Virus record (IMG/VR): IMGVR_UViG_3300040957_000063
Length of the DNA: 64,000 nt
Direction: 5' to 3' (one strand)
Source: an uncultured virus (IMG/VR IMGVR_UViG_3300040957_000063)
Lineage: Duplodnaviria > Heunggongvirae > Uroviricota > Caudoviricetes
The position numbers and the translations under genes were made by a program. The notes under the pieces are model-generated. The model made no database searches, was not told the DNA's origin, and was given only the letters and a program-made list of their open reading frames with translations. Below, piece by piece: positions 10,956-19,923 of this stretch; the first letter of the stretch is position 1, and each line of letters opens with the position of its first letter.

Positions 10956-11138
10956 ATGGCAACACAAAAAAAGTTTAAAACTCTGTTCGAATCCCCAAAC
11001 GGGGACGACCCATTAGAACCCGATTGCATATGTTGTGAACATAACGGGAATTGCAAGCACCAACACACAAACCCGTGCAACTTCGACATGCTAATGAACC
11101 AATATGACGAGGTAATGGCTCAATACAAAGGTTTATAA
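10956..11138 (+). CDS. small Cys-rich protein
   Basis: TATA, then TTTGAGGGAAAGCAAAATG; CICCEH..C..C. Confidence 0.6.
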   Translation: MATQKKFKTLFESPNGDDPLEPDCICCEHNGNCKHQHTNPCNFDMLMNQYDEVMAQYKGL

Positions 11139-11407
11139 GCAACCGTGCTATTAGACTAATTAACGAGGTTCCATTTACCAATTAAGAACAACCTTTAAAT
11201 AGTAGTTTGCTATTACTGTATTTCAACCGAGCAAAAAGAATTTGAGGACTTGGAAGGCATCGAGTCAGAAATTTACCCCGAAGAGGACTATTAAAATCCT
11301 CTTTTTCTTTAACTAACTATAACACTGTTATAATATAACGCTGTTATAGCCAATTCACGTTAAGTGCATATTACATGGTAACGCTCATTAGCACTATACC
11401 GCAACAC

Positions 11408-11785
11408 TTATATAGTTGAACGTTTGTTTGCCATAAGTTTCTTGATTAATTCAACCGCTTTATCCAATTCAACCTCAGAATGAAGTGATTTAGCAAATCT
11501 GGTTATATAACTATGGTGTTTTAGGCATAATGGCACAAAATCTTGCCAATTTTCTAAATAATATTTCTCATTTGCATAATGGTTATCAATATAATGCGGT
11601 TTGCCGTTTATTTCGTGAAAGGACAGTCTTTCGTGACTTCCACAGATAATGCACTTATTTCCAATCTTCTTTTTTGATTCTAACCTTATTTCGAGCCGTT
11701 CTTTTTTGATTAAGGCTTTATGCTTTTTGTCTTGTTCTGGGTTGTTTTTATAATAGTTACGATAATATGCGTTTCTATCGAACGT
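11408..11785 (-). CDS. HNH endonuclease with no canonical start codon (ACG start or pseudogene)
   Basis: Open frame TFDRNAYYRNYYK...GNKCIICG..LSFHEING..FVPLCLKHH; TATA and GGTGA upstream. Confidence 0.65.
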   Translation of the reverse strand, partial: TFDRNAYYRNYYKNNPEQDKKHKALIKKERLEIRLESKKKIGNKCIICGSHERLSFHEINGKPHYIDNHYANEKYYLENWQDFVPLCLKHHSYITRFAKSLHSEVELDKAVELIKKLMANKRSTI

Positions 11786-12234
11786 TTGTTTTTCACCATA
11801 ATAAATATATACACACTACTATATAAACATTACGGTTGGCACAATTATGTTTATATACTACAATCATCGTTTGCTTATAAGCCAATAACAAGCCTTATAT
11901 ATATCGACAATTGTTTAGGTATATAAACCTTGTTGTCACGAACTATATAAAGGTATCGTTTTTACACTACTAATTCATTGATACTACTAATTATTTAACT
12001 ATTTTTACTACGAACTTCGAACAAATCCACGTATCAACATCGAATACACTATGGACAAACCGCTTCGAACACCGAACGCAAGCCTTATATACTCCCCCGT
12101 ACTTGCTACCCTGACGAAAAAAACCAATAATACCGTCCGCCACCGAACATCGGAACCGCACTTTTATGGATGTCCCCCATAGATTTTGCCCTGAGATGTA
12201 CACTTGATGGATGGATAATGCGGTGTATAAGTGA

Positions 12235-12519
12235 CTAAGCAACGTAGCTGGTTGATTGGGTTTTGCCCAATATTATGTCTTTGTGTTTCTCTAATAGGCG
12301 TAGGCACTCTAATGCTGGGACCATCATGAGGACATCTTTGCCCTCAACCTTTGTACTAACGACTAAAACAAGTTTCTTTGTTGGTAAGTATTCTTGTAGA
12401 GTGATGTCTCCAACCTTGACGAGTGTTACATATTCTTTTTCAGGTTGGGGTGTTGGCGGTTCTGGACCAACTGGTATTTTTGCTCTAATTATATCTTTAT
12501 CCTCAGCCATATCTTCCAC
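12235..12519 (-). CDS. hypothetical protein
   Basis: 94-aa ORF with upstream TATA. Confidence 0.55.
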   Translation of the reverse strand: MEDMAEDKDIIRAKIPVGPEPPTPQPEKEYVTLVKVGDITLQEYLPTKKLVLVVSTKVEGKDVLMMVPALECLRLLEKHKDIILGKTQSTSYVA

Positions 12520-12640
12520 CTAAATTTCTATTTGTAGTATATCGGTGTCCTATTTAAAGGTTACGGATTACCGATATGTACGGGTAGGGATACATAGTAC
12601 AGGGACCCATACTTAGTAGGGGTAGGGGTACTAACAGGGC

Positions 12641-12850
12641 TTATCTGCATTCTTCTGATTCTAAAAAGGTTCTGTATGTTTTAGCCGCTTCGCATACTCG
12701 GCAATCTTTGTTACACGGTTGACGAGTTATTAGGCACATAGGCATAGTCCAAATCTTGTATGCGTGTCTTGTATTTTTAGCTGGCATAACAATCAACTCA
12801 TTAACTGGTAATATTCTCTGGTCCAATCGCGGTCTGGAATATAACGCCAC
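12641..12850 (-). CDS. small Cys-rich protein
   Basis: C..C...C..C cluster; part of a minus-strand run of small ORFs. Confidence 0.5.
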   Translation of the reverse strand: MALYSRPRLDQRILPVNELIVMPAKNTRHAYKIWTMPMCLITRQPCNKDCRVCEAAKTYRTFLESEECR

Positions 12851-12908
12851 TCATATTGTTCCCTGTCCTTCTGTATCTGGTCTTTAGTAGGTGGCTTGAA
12901 TTCTTCGC

Positions 12909-13091
12909 TCATCGTAACCATCTTCCCTTAGTCATCCTGTCGGTCTTGTTATTTGAAACAGGCGGCTTCTTATTGAATGATTTTCTGCATACAGGGCAAA
13001 CCTTATCTATCTTGTCGCCTATAGGCATCATCAACGGAGCAACAGTACGCCCACAATTAGGGCATTTAACTTCAACGTGGCTTAGGCACAT
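12909..13091 (-). CDS. zinc-ribbon protein
   Basis: CPNCG...CPVC. Confidence 0.55.
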   Translation of the reverse strand: MCLSHVEVKCPNCGRTVAPLMMPIGDKIDKVCPVCRKSFNKKPPVSNNKTDRMTKGRWLR

Positions 13092-13347
13092 TACCAGTAT
13101 TCCTCATCGTCTTCTGACGCACAATTATATGCTGGGCTTTCGTGTCCACACTTTGAACATTTGAATGTATCTAACCGTTTAGCTTTACGGCTTTTCTTCA
13201 CTAATTTCATTTCAGCGTCTTCGTCTTCACAGTAAGGGCAAAACATTTAATTCACCTACTCATATGGGCAATCTTCAAAGTTGCACTCATTCCGCTTGCC
13301 GCATACTCTACAAATTTCTAACATCTTGTCTTTGCTAACCACTAAAG

Positions 13348-13671
13348 TCACCTATGCGGGTCGTCTGGTAGAGTACCTATAAAACATTCTATCTTTACTC
13401 GTTTACCTTCTTTTTTAGGCTCAGGCTTATGCTCGCCGAACCATTTGATTAGTTTCAACGATAACTCTATTGATTGCTTTTCGCTTATGGTGTAGCATCC
13501 ATCTTTAGCCATACGTTCCAAAGTTTCTTTCTTCCACAGGTGGTTTAAACCTAAGTCTTTCGCCATCTCGTCTAAAACTTGATAAACCTCTCCTGTAAAT
13601 TGGGATTCGGTATCAATGATTTTTTGGATTTGAATCTCGTCTATTCGTTTTTTTAATTCTCCGTCTTTCAT
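13348..13671 (-). CDS. hypothetical protein
   Basis: 107-aa ORF with typical composition. Confidence 0.6.
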   Translation of the reverse strand: MKDGELKKRIDEIQIQKIIDTESQFTGEVYQVLDEMAKDLGLNHLWKKETLERMAKDGCYTISEKQSIELSLKLIKWFGEHKPEPKKEGKRVKIECFIGTLPDDPHR

Positions 13672-14086
13672 ATTAAGGCTTCCTAAAGTAACTGTCCCAG
13701 AGATGCAGACCTAAACAGGTCGCTATTAATGCTACAACAACTATGGCAAATATTATCATTTACGATAACCTCTTTGACGTTGTATGCATAGTTCGCATTC
13801 TTCAGATTCTTTTTCATTAGTTGGCAAATATGGACAACCATCGCAAGGCGAATCGTCACGGTCAACTTCTGGTTTACAAGACATTATTGTTTAGCCTCAA
13901 AATTGTCGTGGAGATATGGGTTGCTTTCACAGTTAATACACTTGCGCGTAAGAATGTTTTTGCAATCTGAACAGGCGTGAATCATGTAAAATCCCTGTTA
14001 TGTAAGTAATACTTGCAGAATGCTATCCAGCAAATTGTTCCTGAAACCAAGAACGCTAACGTAGCTATTAATCCGTATAGGTCCAT

Positions 14087-14284
14087 TTATTCACCCCAAT
14101 CTTCGCCTTCAATAGTTAGTTCTTCTACCTTGCAAACTTTGTTTGTTACGTTGTCAACGATTATTATAGAAACAGATTTAACTTCTAACTCTAACCCGCA
14201 ACAAGGGCACGAAGTTACTTCGCCTATTCTAAAGTCGTCAGCTATATCGAATTCTGTATCGCAATCTGGACATTTAGCTTTCAT
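14087..14284 (-). CDS. lysW: LysW/ArgW-like amino-group carrier protein
   Basis: CPDC...GEVTSCPCCGLELEV and C-terminal EDWGE signature. Confidence 0.85.
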   Translation of the reverse strand: MKAKCPDCDTEFDIADDFRIGEVTSCPCCGLELEVKSVSIIIVDNVTNKVCKVEELTIEGEDWGE

Positions 14285-14687
14285 TATTTATTTCACTAAT
14301 AGTGTTATGTAGCCGCACTATATAAACGTTATGGTGTAATCTATGGTCTCATTTTGGTCCAAAAATAGGTCATAAAATGGTCCAAAATTTATGCCTTTTT
14401 TTGCGTATAAATTAACATTTTTTGTTAAGAAATTGTTGCCAAAACATCCGCAAACAACAATTATACACGAAAAAATGGGCAAATTACCAACAGTATTGAA
14501 AAAGCCCCGTCTGGTCGGTTTTCCGCCGCTGATGCGGCGTGGAATTAATCTACTGATTAAACTTTGCCCTAAGACAAACATTGCCCTGAGATAACCGCCC
14601 GTGGCTCTGCACCGCACAAGGTCGTTCGTCCCTTATAAATGTTGCGGAACCGCAATACTTAAATACTTGCGTTACCATAAATAGAAT

Positions 14688-14966
14688 ATGAACCAAAAAA
14701 TACAAAAGATTATTCTTAGGTTTCTGAAATATAACATTATAGGGTCTATGTGCTGGGTTACAAATTTTGGAATTTACACATTTATTTATTATCCATACTT
14801 ACATTTCTGGTCCATTATACCATTCAGCATCAGTGGGGCAATTATAGAGTTTACGGCTCTCTCAATTGCAAATCGTAGTGTGAATGCTGAGATGTTCGTT
14901 TGTAAAGTTGCTTCTACACTTGATAAATCAGGGTTAGATGACTTAGAGGCAGACCATAAAGTTTAA
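14688..14966 (+). CDS. GtrA-like small membrane protein
   Basis: RFLKYNIIG...NF N-terminus; hydrophobic helices. Confidence 0.5.
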   Translation: MNQKIQKIILRFLKYNIIGSMCWVTNFGIYTFIYYPYLHFWSIIPFSISGAIIEFTALSIANRSVNAEMFVCKVASTLDKSGLDDLEADHKV

Positions 14967-15523
14967 ATAGACGAACATAGTATAACTATATGGTGACTCT
15001 ATGAGCAATCAAACTATATCTACTTCGGCATTTCCTAATAACTGGACAGGTTCCATTTCATCAACTACCCAATATTGGTATAATTTAGATTCTGGTACAA
15101 ATGGAATTCCGTGGACTGTTCCAGATAAGTCGCTAATTTCTAGGTTTATTGAATGGATTAAGTTATGTCCGTTATTTGACCATAAGATTTAAATAGGCGT
15201 TTGTGCCTATATAGGCTGTTGATACTATGTCTGCCGAAAGAGACCCAACACGAAGAGATATACCAATCAATCCGCCAGTACGCAATAGCAGAGAATTATG
15301 GGCAAGTATGAATTTTAGATGTAGTGTACAAGCTGGATTTGGAGATTCGGTAGTACCTGAAGACACTATTGTAGAAAACAACGATGGCAAGCATCCTTCG
15401 GAAATTAAGCGTATGAAACAAGCAAACGGAGTACCTACAAAATGACGCATAATGCATAATCCAGTTGATTGAACTACGCTCGGTTAACGGCTGGGCGGTT
15501 CGCTGGTAGGCGGTGCGTCAATA

Positions 15524-15709
15524 ATGGGAGCAAACATAAAGGTACAATGTCAAAAATGCAAAATGGTCTTCAGCAGATATAACTACGGACCGATGAGCCG
15601 AAAGCCTAATAAAGGGCGGCATCACCAGCACCATAGAGGAAATGAACATCTTGAAGCAACTGACCCCTGTTACTATTGTAATGGTCAGGTAAAGATTATC
15701 ACCCGTTGA
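15524..15709 (+). CDS. small zinc-ribbon protein
   Basis: CQKC...CYYC. Confidence 0.5.
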   Translation: MGANIKVQCQKCKMVFSRYNYGPMSRKPNKGRHHQHHRGNEHLEATDPCYYCNGQVKIITR

Positions 15710-15751
15710 GACCGTAAAGTTTAAATAGTAGTTCCCCATTTTATTTATTTA

Positions 15752-15862
15752 GAATGTACTCACAACCGAAGACTGTGACCAACTTCGGATGGTAGAGAGC
15801 GGGCAAACGAGTGGTATAGCACGATAAGCCCGCACATGTGTAGGTTCGAACCCTATCATTCA
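15752..15862 (+). ncRNA. tRNA-like RNA of non-standard structure
   Basis: TATA at 15720; GAATG/CATTC ends; T-arm GTAGG TTCGAAC CCTAT; internal hairpins. Confidence 0.4.
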
Positions 15863-15892
15863 AATGTTGTAGTCGTAGGTGGTGAATGTAGT

Positions 15893-16204
15893 ATGAAAGT
15901 TGAAATAATCGTAGATAAAGACAATACTCATTTTACGTATATGTATGAATGCGACCAAGTAAAAGACAATTCTAACATGATGAGCGATGGACGAAACAAA
16001 CTTGTGCTTTTAAGAGAAAGAACCAAAGCTGAACAAGCTCTTAGCGCGGGAATTTATGAAACAGTTGCAGTTTTCGCTACTTGGACAGCTTGGATTAAGT
16101 TGCCAGACGATGCAGAGAAATGCGAACGGTGCGGACGATACAAGATAATCAACAAGAAAGGGTATTGCTCTGAATGTCAAACTCACATTGATAGGAAAAT
16201 ATGA
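15893..16204 (+). CDS. hypothetical protein with C-terminal zinc finger
   Basis: GGTGA RBS; CERC...CSEC. Confidence 0.6.
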   Translation: MKVEIIVDKDNTHFTYMYECDQVKDNSNMMSDGRNKLVLLRERTKAEQALSAGIYETVAVFATWTAWIKLPDDAEKCERCGRYKIINKKGYCSECQTHIDRKI

Positions 16205-16255
16205 GCATGGACTTAATACCATAAGATTTAAATATTAGTTCCCCTATTTATTGTT

Positions 16256-16685
16256 TTATGCGAACGGGTTGATTCGAAGGTTTGAGACAACCCATATGGC
16301 AGAAATGCGAAATGGGCTTGGGTGTCAAGAATCAGAGTCAAAAGCGATGATGTACACTCCCTCGTGGAGTAGCGAGCCTACCTTGTTTGCGTCTAAAGCC
16401 TAAATGGTAACAGCAAGTGCCTGATGAGTGCGCTATGATTTAGGGCTACTGTTCGAATGGCTTATCATACTCACCAGCGTTCCCCGAAGCGGTGTCTTGA
16501 GGATACCAGTCTTCACTACCGTATTCGGTTAAGGACGTTGGTAATTCATAGTCGCTCTCGTGATGAAGCCGTAAATATTGGCGACATAGACGGCTGAACC
16601 CGTAGTATCATAGTCACAGGCTGGGAAGTTATCACCGATGAAAGTAGCTGAGGGCTACGCATACCCAACCTAAGACATACTTTTT
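16256..16685 (+). ncRNA. large (about 430 nt) structured ncRNA candidate
   Basis: Promoter 16218-16234; no ORF; higher GC; many stems; T-tract end. Confidence 0.55.
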
Positions 16686-16725
16686 ACAGAAAGGTTTAAA
16701 TAGTAGAACAAATACTATATATAGT

Positions 16726-16879
16726 AGATGGGTAGCGAAACACGGCTGAACGCGCTTGGCTTAAGCGTCATATTAGACCTTGAGGGCGTAGCTAAGAAGT
16801 GCGCTAAACTCAAAAGGTTTCGTACTGAGATACCAAGTACAAGGAAACATTGTGGGTTCAAATCCCACCCCATCTACCA
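16726..16879 (+). tRNA. tRNA-Leu(TAA) with 66-nt BHB intron (16766-16831)
   Basis: Cloverleaf with CCA; intron at 37/38; CTTA/TGAG helix with two 3-nt bulges. Confidence 0.9.
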
Positions 16880-17018
16880 TTAACAATTTACAATGACCAA
16901 AGTATGCGGAGATTGCGAAAAATTCAATCGGAGCTACGGGTTCTGTAAGCAGACAGGCTACCAACACGGCGTATGGAGCGAATGTGACAGGAAATATCGT
17001 CAAAAACGGCATGTTAAT

Positions 17019-17046
17019 TGAGAGGTAAGGTAGTCTGGTCTAACCT
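17019..17046 (+). pseudogene. 5' remnant of a disrupted tRNA
   Basis: TGAGAGG acceptor strand plus D-arm AGGT..ACCT; partner remnant at 17584-17602. Confidence 0.7.
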
Positions 17047-17049
17047 AAT

Positions 17050-17125
17050 TGCGAAGTGTTTGGTAACGGTAGCCAATAAGACTCATAATCTTAAAGAAAC
17101 GGTTCGACTCCGTTCTTCGCAACCA
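17050..17125 (+). tRNA. tRNA-Met(CAT)
   Basis: TGCGAAG/CTTCGCA; TAAGA CT CAT AA TCTTA; TTCGA T-loop; CCA. Confidence 0.85.
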
Positions 17126-17189
17126 AATTATGTTAAGGTTTATAGAAAAGTTTAAATAGTAGTATAAACCCTATATACTTAGTGAGAAT

Positions 17190-17585
17190 ATGCCATTTAA
17201 AGATAAAGAAAAGAGAAATGCTTATCAAAGAGAATATCTAAAGAAATATCATAAAAAATATAAACTTCTTGCTATTACTAAACTCGGTGGTAAATGCGTT
17301 AATTGTGGTTGTGATGATATAAATGCTTTGGAATTTAATCATATTAACGGCGGCGGCTGGAAAGAGTTTCAAAAATCTCATAGAAACCAAGATTATTATC
17401 GTGATATTGTTCTGGGTAAAAGAAATGATATTGAGTTGACCTGTGGAGTTTGTAATGCTCTTCATCGTTTAGTAAAATTAAAAAAATTACCTAACCTCTG
17501 GAAAGTTACTTATACTAAACCAATGACAGACAAGGAACTTGAAGAATATCGGATTAATAGAGAATTAGACGAAGAAGCGGGATAA
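17190..17585 (+). CDS. HNH endonuclease (NHINGGG subfamily)
   Basis: LGGKCVNCGC..LEFNHINGGG..LTCGVCN. Confidence 0.85.
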   Translation: MPFKDKEKRNAYQREYLKKYHKKYKLLAITKLGGKCVNCGCDDINALEFNHINGGGWKEFQKSHRNQDYYRDIVLGKRNDIELTCGVCNALHRLVKLKKLPNLWKVTYTKPMTDKELEEYRINRELDEEAG

Positions 17586-17602
17586 TCCGCCTCTCTCAAC
17601 CA
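17584..17602 (+). pseudogene. 3' remnant of the disrupted tRNA
   Basis: AATCCGCC TCTCTCA A CCA pairs with TGAGAGG at 17019. Confidence 0.7.
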
Positions 17603-17808
17603 TTTTTTGTTAGTATTGACCGAAACCTTTATATAGGGGTTGTATCATTTACAGTTATATAGGTTCATTACTTGAGAGAAGATGACTATGGATGGCAAAG
17701 GAAGATAAGACTATGAATTCAAAAATATTAGATGCGTTAATTCTTGCGAAAACCAGTTGCACAAGTGTTAGTGAGGACCTAAAAAAAATTAATATGGAGA
17801 AGGTATAA

Positions 17809-18216
17809 ATGGCAGAAACAAACACTCAACTTCTGGAAAAAGTTTTGGAAATTGTTCAAGTAATGGGTGAAGTTCGTGAACGATTAAATGGATTCGTCCA
17901 AAAATGCAAAGATACGGACGTAGGTACAGCTAAATCAATAGATGACCTACAGAAAAGAATGAGCGTCCTTGAACTTGAAGGCACAAAAATTGTTCGTGAA
18001 CTTATTAAGCAAGAAGACGAGAAAGTTCGATGCAATGCTGAAGCTCTTAGTATCGTAGTCAAAGACCTTGAGGATTTAAAGATTGATTTAGTAAACGTTA
18101 AAGCACAAAGGGCAATCATAGGTTGGAAAATAGGTGCAGTTATATCTATAATATCTATTGGAGCTACAGTAGGCATAACATACTTCATAAATTATGTCCT
18201 TCCACATCTGCTTTAG
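17809..18216 (+). CDS. coiled-coil protein with C-terminal TM helix (holin/XhlA-like architecture)
   Basis: Heptad pattern plus hydrophobic tail. Confidence 0.6.
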   Translation: MAETNTQLLEKVLEIVQVMGEVRERLNGFVQKCKDTDVGTAKSIDDLQKRMSVLELEGTKIVRELIKQEDEKVRCNAEALSIVVKDLEDLKIDLVNVKAQRAIIGWKIGAVISIISIGATVGITYFINYVLPHLL

Positions 18217-18255
18217 ACCATAACATTTAAATAGTTCTTTTCTATTATTCTATAT

Positions 18256-18381
18256 GGGATAGCGACAGTCTGGTATGAAGTTATGATGTTGGTTGGCTCA
18301 GGCTGTAGATGCATAGCGTCCTAACAATGCTGGTTAGGTATGGCTAAGGGTGGATTCCAGCATCAATCGCCCTTCTATCCT
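18256..18381 (+). ncRNA. 126-nt multi-hairpin RNA with complementary loops
   Basis: Promoter near 18218-18235; terminal helix GGGATAG/CTATCCT; four internal hairpins. Confidence 0.55.
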
Positions 18382-18621
18382 CTGCGAGCGGTGGGGATGC
18401 GGAGCTTACTCCCCTAACCCACCGTAAGATTTAAATACTTGTTTGTTATATTACTAAGACTATTAAAGGCGAAAATAAATGACTGAAAAACTTCAGAAAT
18501 GTGGCAAACACGAATGCCACCAAGATTGCGAGGTTTGCCGTATATTAGCTAATGGCAAATCTAAGTCTTCTTTTTCTCACAGTCGTTGGTCACCTTTTTC
18601 GTAAATGTTTTGAAACCTCGT

Positions 18622-18786
18622 GGTGAGTTGGCAGAGTCAGGTTTAATGCACCAGACTTGAATCAGTTCGCTCAAGGGTGAAACTGCTAAGGGTGAAACTC
18701 GAAGCATGGAATGGAATTTTCCAACCTGACAGAAATCTGGTGACCCTTTCGGGGGTCCGCTGGTTCAAATCCAGCACTCACCGCCA
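18622..18786 (+). tRNA. tRNA-Ser(TGA) with intron (about 18662-18734)
   Basis: Long variable arm; G73; CCA; intron at 37/38 with relaxed BHB. Confidence 0.85.
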
Positions 18787-18799
18787 TTAATCTTTTCAC

Positions 18800-18873
18800 G
18801 GGGTTATGTTGTAACAGTAGCATGTAGGTCTCCAAAACCTTCGGTCTCTGGGCGGCACAGAGTAACCCCACCA
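18800..18873 (+). tRNA. tRNA-Trp(CCA)
   Basis: GGGGTTA/TAACCCC; CT CCA AA loop; atypical T-loop GGCGGCA. Confidence 0.8.
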
Positions 18874-19083
18874 ATTAACAAACCAGTATTTTACCATGCT
18901 TTGTCCATGCGGCTGGTATCGCAAGCGTTACTTTCTCACTTTTTTAATCATATGATTAACTGATTCAAATCGTAAGACTCAAGCCTTGACGGTTCCTACC
19001 GACCCCCAAAATTCTTTTAATCTACTGATTAATTTACTCCGCAAAGTTTATATATTACGATGTTTAATAATTAACGATGATAT

Positions 19084-19314
19084 ATGACAGGAAAAATTGA
19101 ATATAAACGTTCTGGAAAAAAACTATTGAAAGTTATAACTGTTGAAGTTAATGAAAAAAGGATAAAAGGTAAAATTACAAGATTGTCAAATGAGCTTAGA
19201 CATTCAGAAGAACAAATCGTTGCTTGGACCAAGACAAGGGACACTTTGAAGGCTGAAATTACTACTTTAGAAAAAGCTCAAAATAGTAGTCCAGAAACAG
19301 TTTCATTTGATTAG
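19084..19314 (+). CDS. small coiled-coil protein
   Basis: TATA upstream; 76 aa. Confidence 0.6.
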   Translation: MTGKIEYKRSGKKLLKVITVEVNEKRIKGKITRLSNELRHSEEQIVAWTKTRDTLKAEITTLEKAQNSSPETVSFD

Positions 19315-19604
19315 ATAAAGTAAAAAAATAGGGTATGGTGCGATATACCAATTTAATTTTGTGCTTTTATCTAAGCACTTTCTTTAATAGCTATAACTGC
19401 AACTACGGTAGCAACGAAAACGACTACTGCCGCGACTAATGGGTGAACAGCAAGCATGAAAGCGAATGAGCCAGTAACTATGCCTGTTGCGATTGCTCCT
19501 ATATATAGTTTATTTAAATTAGTTATGTATATTCACCTACCTTCTAACCCCTATACCTTAGTAGGCTACTATTTAAATCTTTTGTTTTTATATAACAAAA
19601 TTAG

Positions 19605-19682
19605 TGGTGGGGTAGGTAGGATTCGGACCTACGCTCACTCGGTTCCAAACCGAGAATGTTGACCAAGCTACACCACTACCCC
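19605..19682 (-). tRNA. tRNA-Pro(TGG)
   Basis: CTCGG TT TGG AA CCGAG; CCA. Confidence 0.85.
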
Positions 19683-19687
19683 ATTAT

Positions 19688-19761
19688 TGGTAGGCATACC
19701 ATGAGTTGAACATGGGCTACAGCTTTATCAGAACTGTGTGCTACCACTACACTATACGCCT
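19688..19761 (-). tRNA. tRNA-Ile(GAT)
   Basis: CAGTT CT GAT AA AGCTG; CCA. Confidence 0.85.
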
Positions 19762-19772
19762 TCTTTTGTTAT

Positions 19773-19847
19773 TGGTGGGCAATGGCAGAGTTGAACTGCC
19801 GCTGGGGACTTATAAAGCTCCCTATGCTACCGTTACACCAATCGCCC
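19773..19847 (-). tRNA. tRNA-Ile(TAT)
   Basis: GGAGC TT TAT AA GTCCC; CCA. Confidence 0.75.
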
Positions 19848-19849
19848 AA

Positions 19850-19923
19850 TGGTGGGGAATGAATGAATCGAACACTCTCTACATGAGTCCGAGTCATGGG
19901 TGCTACCATTACACTAATTCCCC
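19850..19923 (-). tRNA. tRNA-Pro(CGG)
   Basis: CATGA CT CGG AC TCATG; CCA. Confidence 0.85.

Noticed and set aside
12580..12640. G-run clusters here and at 53740-53765 as G-quadruplexes or packaging sites
   Set aside because: Only the runs themselves support it; no further evidence
16420..16600. Hammerhead, group II intron, tmRNA or RNase P identity for the large RNA
   Set aside because: CTGATGAG lacks a properly placed GAAA; the domain-V-like hairpin is short with no RT; no 3' T-arm with CCA; no RNase P GAGGAAAGTCC
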